Shown here piece by piece: positions 56,758 to 64,000 of a DNA stretch of 64,000 nucleotides (position 1 is its first letter; the number at the start of each line of letters is the position of its first letter). The notes below the pieces were generated by a model. It saw only the letters and a list, made by a program, of their open reading frames with translations, was not told the DNA's origin and made no database searches. The position numbers and the translations under genes were made by a program. Location: assembly GCA_937863435.1 (NCBI GenBank), contig CALMES010000136.1, forward strand, positions 15,238-79,237. Reading direction: 5' to 3'. This DNA comes from an uncultured Candidatus Peregrinibacteria bacterium (lineage in GTDB: Bacteria; Patescibacteriota; Gracilibacteria; Peribacterales; Peribacteraceae).

Positions 56758-57657
56758 ATGTCTTCCACTTCCTCTGTCATCGGTATCGATCTTGGCGGCA
56801 CGAAACTGCGCATCACGCGTCTTGATTCCAAAACCATGAAGGTGTTAAAGAGCGAAAAGATTCCGACTCGTGCCCAGTCGTTTGCGCTTGTGAAGGAAGA
56901 TATAGTCGAAGCAATCAATACCTTGCGTGCGCCGGACACAGTGGCGGTCGGCATCGGTGTTCCCGGACTCATCGATCGGAAATCCGGCGCGATTCTCACG
57001 CTGCCCAATATCGCGGGTGCGGAGAACCAGCATCTCAGTCAATACCTCACCGAAAAAACAGGTCTGCCTACGTTTATGGAAAATGATGCGCATTGCTTTG
57101 CACTGGGTGAAGCATTGTATGGTGCAGGCAAGGGCCACGATATCGTCGTTGGGGTGATTATGGGCACCGGCGTTGGATCTGGCATCATCATTCATCAGAA
57201 TATTTATCACGGCGCTCACGGCTTTGCCGGCGAGCTGGGGCATATGCTCTTGGTTCCCGGTCAGCCGCCGTTTGATGCAGCCGATAAAAGGGGAGAGGTC
57301 GAACAGTTTCTATCGGGCAAAGCGATGGGGCTCCGTTGCGAGGCCGCGCGGTCGCCAAAAGATTTCTTGTCTGGCGAGGCTTGTTCGTTTCTCCATCCGT
57401 CGCTCTACAAAGAAGTCGCGTGGCTAGTGACAAATCTCACCTACTGCCTCGATCCGTCCATCATTGTCTTCGGAGGCAGTGCCGGCACATCCCTCAAATC
57501 CCATCTTCCGGCTATCCGCAAAGAGATAGAGCAATGGATGCTGCCGGCGACCCCCATTCCGCCGCTGGCTGTAGCCGGTCTGGATGACTCGCCGGTTCGT
57601 GGAGCGGCCAGCGTTGCCCTCAAGGCGCTCGGCATGATGGGGGAGGATCATGTGTGA
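56758..57657 (+). CDS. ROK-family sugar kinase (putative glucokinase)
   Basis: VIGIDLGGTK, GIGVPGLID, ENDAHCFALGE and GFAGELGHM. Confidence 0.85.
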   Translation: MSSTSSVIGIDLGGTKLRITRLDSKTMKVLKSEKIPTRAQSFALVKEDIVEAINTLRAPDTVAVGIGVPGLIDRKSGAILTLPNIAGAENQHLSQYLTEKTGLPTFMENDAHCFALGEALYGAGKGHDIVVGVIMGTGVGSGIIIHQNIYHGAHGFAGELGHMLLVPGQPPFDAADKRGEVEQFLSGKAMGLRCEAARSPKDFLSGEACSFLHPSLYKEVAWLVTNLTYCLDPSIIVFGGSAGTSLKSHLPAIRKEIEQWMLPATPIPPLAVAGLDDSPVRGAASVALKALGMMGEDHV

Positions 57658-57693
57658 GGATGACCTTGCGGCTTATCGGATCTTCGGCGTGAT

Positions 57694-58158
57694 TCAGTAA
57701 CTGTTGCTTTCGCTGCGCAACGCTGCCCGTTGTTGTGCCATAAAAGGTGATTCGACAAAGGCGACGCCGCCTGTGTCGGCAAGGATCTGTTCAGAGACAC
57801 TCGGTGCGTAGCTCAGCTGGGCTTCCAGGCTGTATCGTTTGATGATCTGCAAAATAAGCCACGACGCGATACTGCCGCCGATAATCACTCCCGTCCACCA
57901 CAGATAGGATGTAATGGCGGTGAGCGTGGGTGTAATGCCGCTTGAAGAATCCAGCAGTGCCGTTGCACTGTCTTGGTACTGGACGGAGCCTGCAAGCTTG
58001 GGCCCGGCAATGAGTGCGGCTTGCGGAACAGAGAAAAAAGCGCCGCCGCTGCTTTTCGTGAGCAGGCGCAGCATGGCTGTGAAAATGAAAAAAGTCAGCG
58101 TAAAGCCTGCAAGAGAGGCAATCAGGAGCTTGCCGAATCCTTTTTGGATCATTTCCAT
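57694..58158 (-). CDS. membrane protein (154 aa), function unknown
   Basis: Two or three TM helices. Called as an ORF only, with the start at the internal ATG. Confidence 0.45.
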   Translation of the reverse strand: MEMIQKGFGKLLIASLAGFTLTFFIFTAMLRLLTKSSGGAFFSVPQAALIAGPKLAGSVQYQDSATALLDSSSGITPTLTAITSYLWWTGVIIGGSIASWLILQIIKRYSLEAQLSYAPSVSEQILADTGGVAFVESPFMAQQRAALRSESNSY

Positions 58159-58382
58159 CAGTACATTATAGCACAAATGGCGTCTGGATGCCATACAGAA
58201 GATTGGCAGCTCCGCGAGAGCGCACCAGGAAATCAGGATGGCTCTCCTCATCCATAGCGAAAAGACGGCCTGCACCGGCGGCAGCTGCGCCAGGACGTTC
58301 GGCTGCGGCAACACATTCTGTATTATTGTTGTGCATGTGATTCAAATTGAGTAACAGATCAGAGCCATGTATAGTCAATTCC

Positions 58383-58934
58383 ATGCGCATTTTTGCACTG
58401 GAAACCGACATCGAGAAGGTGAAGAGGCGATACATCACGCCCGATGAAACGGAGGTGTTTACGACGCATCGGCACGGATTTTATTTTATCAAGACTATTT
58501 TTGTGGATGTGCTCTTCAGCATTCTGCTTGGAGCCATGGCCTATTTGTCGTATGTAAACGATGTCATGGCGGCGTTCCAGGTGGTGCTCGTCGCGCTCGG
58601 TGTGTGGGGATTCATTGCATTTTTCTCTCTTCTGCGGGCTTTTCTGGACTGGCAGTACGATTTCATCACGCTGACCAACGAGAAGCTCATCATCGTCAAT
58701 CAGTCCTCTGTGTTCAAGCAGGAGGTCAATCCTCTCAATCTGCATAATATTCACAGCATTTCCACGGAAACGCAGTGGCTGAACCTGTTCGGTTTCGGCG
58801 GCGTCCGCATTGTTATCAAGGAGGCGGTTCAGACGGATCTGCTGCTGACGTTCATTCCCCGTTCGGAGGATATTGTCGCCAAAATTTCGGCAGCCATCAC
58901 CGAGAGTGACCGGGTAAGCGGACATACTTCTTAA
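58383..58934 (+). CDS. membrane protein with bacterial PH-like (YdbT/DUF304-type) topology
   Basis: An N-terminal cytoplasmic segment, a 2-TM hairpin (VLFSILLGAMAYLSY; VLVALGVWGFIAFFSLL), then a beta-rich domain. Confidence 0.5.
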   Translation: MRIFALETDIEKVKRRYITPDETEVFTTHRHGFYFIKTIFVDVLFSILLGAMAYLSYVNDVMAAFQVVLVALGVWGFIAFFSLLRAFLDWQYDFITLTNEKLIIVNQSSVFKQEVNPLNLHNIHSISTETQWLNLFGFGGVRIVIKEAVQTDLLLTFIPRSEDIVAKISAAITESDRVSGHTS

Positions 58935-58944
58935 ACGTACTTTT

Positions 58945-60186
58945 ATGCGCTCCATCGCTCTGTCCATTCTGTCGATCATTCTGTTGTTGTCCTTATTCGG
59001 CAACGCGTATCTCTACTACAGTCGCAGTGTCCTTGTTGCAACTCAGACCGCTGCGGGTTCGGGCAGCTCGCTGTCTGCGGCCGCCGCAGAGCAGGCGCAA
59101 TTGCCGCCGCTTGCGTTTGGCACGGTGGTGCTGCCGCCGCTTCCGGTGGCTTTGAACGCGTGCGAGGAGTTTTTGCGACTTGGAAAAGACAACGGCGAAT
59201 GTCGCGCAGTGCGTATGGCGCCGGTGACAGTCACTGAGCCGCAGCCGGCAGCGCCTAAGAATGGAAAAACCGTTGCCATGACACCGTTGCACTTTGTTTT
59301 TACCATGAGCGGAAACCTGTTGCCTGCACTGCCGCCAAGACTGGCCCTCTACAGGGATCAGGGTACCGACATTGATTTTCAGCCTTTTCTGAAGACACTC
59401 ACTGCGATGCGCGTGCCTATCGATACGTCTAAGTTTGCGCTCATCCCCGACACCGTCCGTCTGCAGACACCCGACGGTACGTACACTGTCACGCTCGAAC
59501 CGTTTGCCCGTACCGCGACTGTCTCGCGCCGGCAGTCGCCGTCCGCTTACAGACTCGACAGCGTGAACGTGGCGGTTCCGCCGGATGCAGATCTGATTGC
59601 GGCTGCGCAGGAGTTTGCCTATGGATTGGGGATTCAGCCGGAAGTCCACGGCCAGCCGATCGTTCTTCGTCCACTCACGGTTTCAGGCGGCCTTGCAAGC
59701 GCGTCGGTGGACGTGGTGTGGCCGATGGTGGTGCATGGCAAGCCTGTGATCGACGCAGTGGCAAGACCGGTCGGCGTTGTGAGTGTACGACTGACGTTGC
59801 CGTCACTTTCGCCTCAGCAGCTTACCCTGCGTCAGTTCAGCGACAACGTGCTGGCGCAGTCCGACTACACTACGGCCTCGGCCTCTTCTTTGCAGACCGC
59901 TGTGCAGACAGGCGGCAACCATGCGCCCTTCAATTTTGAGAAAGGTACCCAGCAAAAAGTGCCGGTCTCCGATACCGGTCTTGCCTATCTGTTTGTTCAG
60001 GATCCCGACGGGCGTCTGCCGACATATTTTGTGCCGGTAGTGACGGCGTCATTCCATCTGCCTGCGCATTGCCCGACATGCGGTCCGCTTGTCTGGCAAT
60101 CATTTGTTTCGGCCCTCGACAGCCAGCATGTATCCTGGGCCAAGCCGGCAGCGCCCATAACAGACTCGAAAAAATTGGTGCGGTAA
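58945..60186 (+). CDS. membrane-anchored hypothetical protein (413 aa)
   Basis: N-terminal anchor IALSILSIILLLSLFG. No recognisable domain. Confidence 0.55.
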   Translation: MRSIALSILSIILLLSLFGNAYLYYSRSVLVATQTAAGSGSSLSAAAAEQAQLPPLAFGTVVLPPLPVALNACEEFLRLGKDNGECRAVRMAPVTVTEPQPAAPKNGKTVAMTPLHFVFTMSGNLLPALPPRLALYRDQGTDIDFQPFLKTLTAMRVPIDTSKFALIPDTVRLQTPDGTYTVTLEPFARTATVSRRQSPSAYRLDSVNVAVPPDADLIAAAQEFAYGLGIQPEVHGQPIVLRPLTVSGGLASASVDVVWPMVVHGKPVIDAVARPVGVVSVRLTLPSLSPQQLTLRQFSDNVLAQSDYTTASASSLQTAVQTGGNHAPFNFEKGTQQKVPVSDTGLAYLFVQDPDGRLPTYFVPVVTASFHLPAHCPTCGPLVWQSFVSALDSQHVSWAKPAAPITDSKKLVR

Positions 60187-60409
60187 CCGTCACCTCCAAC
60201 CTCTCTCCACGCTCAAACAGAGGGCATCTTCAATCAGGAAAGATGTGAGTGCGCTGTGGGATTATTATCTTAAAATTTCGAAATAATTTTAAGAAATCCT
60301 GTTCTTCATACATGGAGAGATGGCAAAAAATATCAGGGAATGTAGCAATTTCCAACCGCGAGCTCCCTCTTTTACTGAGGCAAGAAGGGGGGCCGGGGGT
60401 GAGGGGCGT

Positions 60410-60471
60410 AAAAAAACAGGCATCCGGTTGGGAGATCCACTTTGCGAGTAGATCTCTTAACCGAATGCCTG
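60410..60471 (-). terminator. strong intrinsic terminator (minus strand)
   Basis: On the minus strand, CAGGCATTCGGTT AAGAGATC ...loop... GATCTCCC AACCGGATGCCTG is followed by TTTTTTT. Confidence 0.7.
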
Positions 60472-60802
60472 TCGTGCTCAAAACCGGAGGCTCTGAGCGT
60501 TCAAAGCGTCGACCAGGCGCTCTGGACTCCCTACGCCTTTTTACAGCCTGAATGCGCGGCTGCTGCGCTTTGTGTGTTTGTTGGATGCCCGAAGGTCGGT
60601 GCCGCCTCTCCGTTTGTAGCAGGAGACGCTCGTGTGTGTTTGTTGGGTTCCCTCTGCCCGCTGATTTGGCGCGCGAGGGACTCTTTGGTCAAAAGAGATC
60701 AAAGAGCAGGGAGGACACTAAGGCGCTACCCGGTAGCGGCGCCGCATGGTTCTCCCGGCTCTTGGGGAAAGGGTGGGGAGTCGGTGTTTTTTAAAGATCG
60801 AA
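60410..60802 (-). ncRNA. candidate ~390-nt non-coding transcript of unknown family
   Basis: Bounded by a sigma70-like promoter and the terminator above. No ORF of 60 aa or more on this strand between 60482 and 60802. GC-rich with multiple local hairpins and a duplicated 14-mer. Confidence 0.35.
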
Positions 60803-60808
60803 CAGAAT

Positions 60809-60837
60809 ATTGTATCAGAAACGGGGGAGGATTGCAA
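60809..60837 (-). promoter_or_regulatory. candidate sigma70-type promoter (minus strand)
   Basis: TTGCAA (60832-60837), a 17-nt spacer, then TACAAT (60809-60814) on the minus strand. Confidence 0.45.
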
Positions 60838-60847
60838 GCGTACGTCA

Positions 60848-60966
60848 GGGTGGGTGGTAGGGGAAAAGGCCTTTGAGGGTAAGGCGCGTACGGCGGGTAA
60901 GGTGAGTATTCTCTGTACTCATTCCTCGCAGATCAGTACTTCATCACCCGCTTTACCCACAATACC
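60848..60966. repeat. intergenic word array, GGGTAAG / CTTACCC type, upstream of gmk
   Basis: gggtgggtggtagggg...gagggtaaggcgcgtacggcgggtaaggtgagta ... cacccgctttacccacaatacc. Confidence 0.8.
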
Positions 60967-61016
60967 TTTTTATTTCACATTCAGCTTCACTCGATTTCCC
61001 GCTACCATACCCCCGC

Positions 61017-61631
61017 ATGTCTCCTGGAAAACTTGTTTTGATAATCGGCCCGAGCGGGGTGGGGAAAAGTGTCATTTTAAAAACGCTGCGGTCGCGTCAT
61101 CCGGAGTTTGTGTTTCCGCGCTCGGCGACCACGCGTGCACGTCGCGAGCGCGAAGGTGACGATCTCTACCACTTTGTATCCGAAGAAGAATTTACCGATT
61201 GGATCAATCAGGAAAAGTTTTTGGAATGGGCGCAGGTGCACAAAGGCGCGCGCTACGGCACATTGTACGACGAAATTATTCCGGCAATTGAGCAGGGCAA
61301 GACTGTCGTGCGAGAAGTAGACGTGCAGGGTTTTGAATCTCTGCGCAAAGATACGCGCTATTTTGGCGATGGTGCCAAATACAAGCTACAAACGATTTTC
61401 ATCCTGCCCGAAAACGAGCAGCAGCTCATCGCACGCATTATCAAACGCGCACCGATTGCGGACGAAGAACTCAAACGTCGCATCGAAAGCATGCAGAAAG
61501 AACTCGCCTTCGCCGCACTCACCGATGTCCAGATTATCAATCGCGAAGGGAAGATTGAGGAGACAATCAAAGAGGTAGAGAGAGCGATTGGGGATACGAA
61601 TTACGAATTACGAATTACGAATTACGAATAG
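61017..61631 (+). CDS. gmk: guanylate kinase
   Basis: GPSGVGKS, SATTRARREREGDDLYHFV and the LID/GMP-binding motifs. The last 12 codons are encoded by TACGAAT repeats. Confidence 0.95.
   Translation: MSPGKLVLIIGPSGVGKSVILKTLRSRHPEFVFPRSATTRARREREGDDLYHFVSEEEFTDWINQEKFLEWAQVHKGARYGTLYDEIIPAIEQGKTVVREVDVQGFESLRKDTRYFGDGAKYKLQTIFILPENEQQLIARIIKRAPIADEELKRRIESMQKELAFAALTDVQIINREGKIEETIKEVERAIGDTNYELRITNYE
61595..61629. repeat. five perfect tandem TACGAAT heptamers
   Basis: tacgaat x5, ending in the gmk TAG stop codon. Confidence 0.95.
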
Positions 61632-61723
61632 GCAAAAATATTCCAAGCATAAGTCATTTCATACAAGCTCTATCATCCTTCTCCCCCATCGGGAGAAGGT
61701 GGCCCGCAGGCCGGATGAGGCAC

Positions 61724-61748
61724 AAAAAAACCGCCGTGGGGAGGCGGT
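61724..61748 (-). terminator. intrinsic terminator (minus strand)
   Basis: On the minus strand, ACCGCC-tccccac-GGCGGT is followed by TTTTTTT, 26 nt downstream of the 61774 stop codon. Confidence 0.6.
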
Positions 61749-61773
61749 AGTATCGCTCCATAGCTGGAGCAAT

Positions 61774-62202
61774 TTAAGAAGTGGTACTACTGACGAGCGT
61801 AAAAATAACGGGCCGGTCTCCATCTTCTACGAAGATGATTGCGCCCTTTTCCAGGTAGACGGATCCCATCAAGGAGCGCTTGGAAGTTGGCGGAGTATCT
61901 GTTCTCCATGTGTACCCATGTGAATCTGTGAACATTGTTTCCTCTCCCCGTTGCGTCAGATTGAGTCGTACACCGTTGATTCTGTTTTCTGGCTCCTTTT
62001 TTCTGAGTGGGTTGAGATAGATCGTAATACGTACTTTGCTGTCGTTGAATCCGAATTTGATGGCAAAAGGATGGGAAGTTTCCTTCGCTTCTTCGTCGAT
62101 GCGGAACGTATATTGATCCGCAGCAAGCTTTGAAACAGATATGTTTCCCGCCGTTGCAATGTGGCTGAGCAGCCCCAGCAGATTATCGTCGTTCAGTGCC
62201 AT
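61774..62202 (-). CDS. hypothetical protein (142 aa)
   Basis: Called as an ORF only. A terminator lies downstream. Confidence 0.5.
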   Translation of the reverse strand: MALNDDNLLGLLSHIATAGNISVSKLAADQYTFRIDEEAKETSHPFAIKFGFNDSKVRITIYLNPLRKKEPENRINGVRLNLTQRGEETMFTDSHGYTWRTDTPPTSKRSLMGSVYLEKGAIIFVEDGDRPVIFTLVSSTTS

Positions 62203-62399
62203 TGTTCCTCCCCACGGCATCCTCTTTCATCTGCGCCCCACTCGCAGATGAACGGGTCAGCCGCGAAAATGTGGAAACGCCTCTCGGTCGTGCTGGTGCA
62301 CTCCCTGTAAAAGAGGGTGGATAGGGAGATATTGTCAAAGAACAGTAATGCATCTTGAAATATATTAAATTGATTGTCAATTAATTCGTTGCATCCGTC

Positions 62400-62576
62400 T
62401 TAATCTTTCGTATCCTCTTTTTCCACATGACGGGCATGTCTGTCTTCCAGCAGCTTTTTGCCGATAATCGAACCGATTGCTCCGCCGATTATGAGTCCTA
62501 CCACCACTTTTTTCATCGTTTTCTTCACCGGGAGAATTTCCTTCTTTTTACGCCACGGGAGGAACGGAATGCGCAT
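62400..62576 (-). CDS. small glycine-zipper membrane protein (YtxH-like?)
   Basis: KKVVVGLIIGGAIGSIIGKKL. Called as an ORF only. Confidence 0.4.
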   Translation of the reverse strand: MRIPFLPWRKKKEILPVKKTMKKVVVGLIIGGAIGSIIGKKLLEDRHARHVEKEDTKD

Positions 62577-62666
62577 GACTGGATTGTAGCATGACCTCAC
62601 AATTTTCTGTGTATAATTCCGTCAGAAATTCGCATCGAATGTGTCATCATACTTTGCCGTGCATCC

Positions 62667-63557
62667 ATGCCCACCGTTATTTTCCGCTCCGGCAGCAAGC
62701 TGCTCGATTGCTCAAAGCGAGCGCTTGTCATCGGTATTCTGAATATTACGCCGGATTCGTTTGTCGATGGCGGCAAGTGGATGAATGAGGAGCAGGCAGT
62801 GAGACGCGCCAAAGAAATGATTACTCAAGGTGTCGATATCATCGACATTGGTGGCGAATCCACCGGTCCCGGTTCAGCTGATGTATCGGCCGACGAAGAA
62901 CTTTCGCGCGTGTTGCCCATCATCAGCGCTCTGCGCAAAGAATTTCCGGCTGCGTGGCTCTCGCTCGATACATGGAAAGCGCAGGTTGCGGAATACGCAT
63001 TGGAATCTGGCATCGATATGATCAACGATATTTCAGCAGGCAGATTTGATCCGCAGATGTTCTCGGTGATTGCAAAGCATCAGTGTCCATATGTACTTAT
63101 GTACAGCAAAGACACAACGGCCCGGACGACCAGGAATGACCAGCAGTATGACGATGTCATCGAAACGATTCATGCGTTTCTCAGCGATCGCATCAATATC
63201 GCGTTAAAGCAGGGGATTGATCGGTCGCGCATCATCGTCGACCCGGGTCTTGGCTGGTTTGTCTCGGGCACGCCGTCGTATTCGTTTGAGATTCTCTATC
63301 ACCTCGAAGCATTCGCCGATCTGGCGCCGGTATTTGTGAGTCCCTCGCGCAAATCCTTCCTGGCTGGCCCCGACAATCTCCCTGCATCCAAGCGCTTGCC
63401 AGCTACACTCGACGCCACAAAGATCGCCCTGCAACATGGCGCCACGTTCATCCGCACACACGACGTTGCAGAAACAAGAGAGGTGATTGATTGTTATACG
63501 AACAGTATTATCGATCACCGCGGGAAGAATCCCTCTCCCGATATTTCTACGCTATAA
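62667..63557 (+). CDS. folP: dihydropteroate synthase
   Basis: GILNITPDSFVDGG, DIGGESTGPG, INDISAG and FIRTHDV. Confidence 0.9.
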   Translation: MPTVIFRSGSKLLDCSKRALVIGILNITPDSFVDGGKWMNEEQAVRRAKEMITQGVDIIDIGGESTGPGSADVSADEELSRVLPIISALRKEFPAAWLSLDTWKAQVAEYALESGIDMINDISAGRFDPQMFSVIAKHQCPYVLMYSKDTTARTTRNDQQYDDVIETIHAFLSDRINIALKQGIDRSRIIVDPGLGWFVSGTPSYSFEILYHLEAFADLAPVFVSPSRKSFLAGPDNLPASKRLPATLDATKIALQHGATFIRTHDVAETREVIDCYTNSIIDHRGKNPSPDISTL

Positions 63558-63607
63558 AAATATCATTCCCCTAAAAAGCTAAGTAGCCAAGAAGCTGCAA
63601 GCTCGTC

Positions 63608-64000
63608 TTACAATGTTGTGACGACGATTTCTGTCAGGACAAAGCTGATACCGATCAGCAGCAGCCCGGTCATTGCCCGGATGATGAGCGAACGTGCGCC
63701 TGTGAAAGCGTCTTCATTGCCGAAATTCGTTACCATGCGAATGCCGGCGTAGATCACGATACACATGGCAATCAGCGTCATCATGCCAAGCACCAGCGCG
63801 ACGCGGCCGAGGATGAGATTGACCAGCAGATTCGGGCTGTTGTTGAAGAAGGCGATTTTTATCGCGTATCCAAGAGAGATCACCAGCATGCCAAGAATGA
63901 CATGGAAAATCGTGGTGCGGACAACGGCATACGAGTTCTCGTCCCCGAAGCTGCCGATCGCCCGAAATGCGCCAATGACAATGATGGCGATACCGCCCAT
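63608..64000 (-). CDS. polytopic membrane protein, C-terminal part (N-terminus outside the window)
   Basis: The frame is open to the window end. Two internally similar halves, each with 2 TM helices (…GSFGDENSYAVVRTTI… / …TNFGNEDAFTGARSLI…), possibly a TrbC/VirB2-like pilin duplication. Not called. Confidence 0.55.
   Translation of the reverse strand: MGGIAIIVIGAFRAIGSFGDENSYAVVRTTIFHVILGMLVISLGYAIKIAFFNNSPNLLVNLILGRVALVLGMMTLIAMCIVIYAGIRMVTNFGNEDAFTGARSLIIRAMTGLLLIGISFVLTEIVVTTL

Noticed and set aside
60410-60802. The ORF-free unit as tmRNA, RNase P RNA, SRP RNA or 6S RNA. Also ORF 60442-60876(+) as a protein-coding gene.
   Set aside because: It lacks the tRNA-like ends and tag ORF of tmRNA, the GGAAAGUCCGG / ACAGAA..GGCUUA blocks of RNase P, and the SRP domain IV motif. 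The 144-aa plus-strand ORF has an implausible Cys/Arg/Gly-rich composition and crosses the promoter, terminator and repeat DNA.
61595-61629. The tandem heptamer arrays (TACGAAT x5, TAGAACG x3, and others) as CRISPR or other spacer-containing arrays.
   Set aside because: The period is 7 nt with no unique spacers, the arrays are under 40 nt, and there are no cas genes. They belong to the intergenic word-array family.
63608-64000. Naming the partial membrane protein a TrbC/VirB2-type conjugative or CPR pilin.
   Set aside because: The only evidence is a duplicated 2-TM pattern, with no neighbouring type IV secretion genes in the window and the N-terminus missing.

Overview
A 64-kb bacterial, metagenome-style contig that reads in the standard code: TGA, TAA and TAG all close well-conserved C-termini. 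I found no rRNA and no CRISPR array. There is one tRNA, tRNA-Gln(CTG). The window falls into seven parts. (1) 1-3.8 kb holds two Planctomycete-type DUF1559 / prepilin-like genes and two orphans, and this is the only segment with classical GGAGG Shine-Dalgarno sites. (2) 3.8-16.5 kb is housekeeping: rlmE, ftsE, purM, MarR, PolX, MscS, ppa, a PAS histidine kinase, an AlkD-like protein and tspO. (3) 16.6-25.8 kb is a patchy accessory stretch with orphan ORFs, a frameshifted DUF1559 remnant abutting an IS1595-type transposase remnant, an SLH-esterase, an AT-rich HEPN-like orphan and a beta-propeller lipoprotein. (4) 26.0-37.7 kb is a 14-gene, single-strand heavy-metal/copper resistance block: a Zn/Cd-type P1B ATPase, an RcnR/CsoR repressor with its operator, a multicopper oxidase, CopA, CopZ, DsbA and an HMA-DsbD-cupredoxin fusion. 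(5) 37.8-46.2 kb is a compact integrative element carrying a ParB-methyltransferase, a second methyltransferase, TerS, two tandem TerL paralogues and a large serine recombinase, with no virion structural genes. (6) 46.3-48.5 kb holds a TIR-like + SLATT two-gene cassette next to tRNA-Gln. (7) 48.7-64 kb holds a large surface protein, a glycogen cluster (GT, GH57, GH15, ROK kinase), gmk, folP and membrane orphans. The leads I rate highest are the TIR-like/SLATT candidate defence pair, the structural-gene-less twin-terminase element, an ORF-free roughly 390-nt promoter-to-terminator unit at 60.4-60.8 kb, and a pervasive intergenic architecture of complementary 7-nt word arrays combined with C/T-rich, SD-less leaders. 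All homology calls come from reading motifs by eye; no database search was run.
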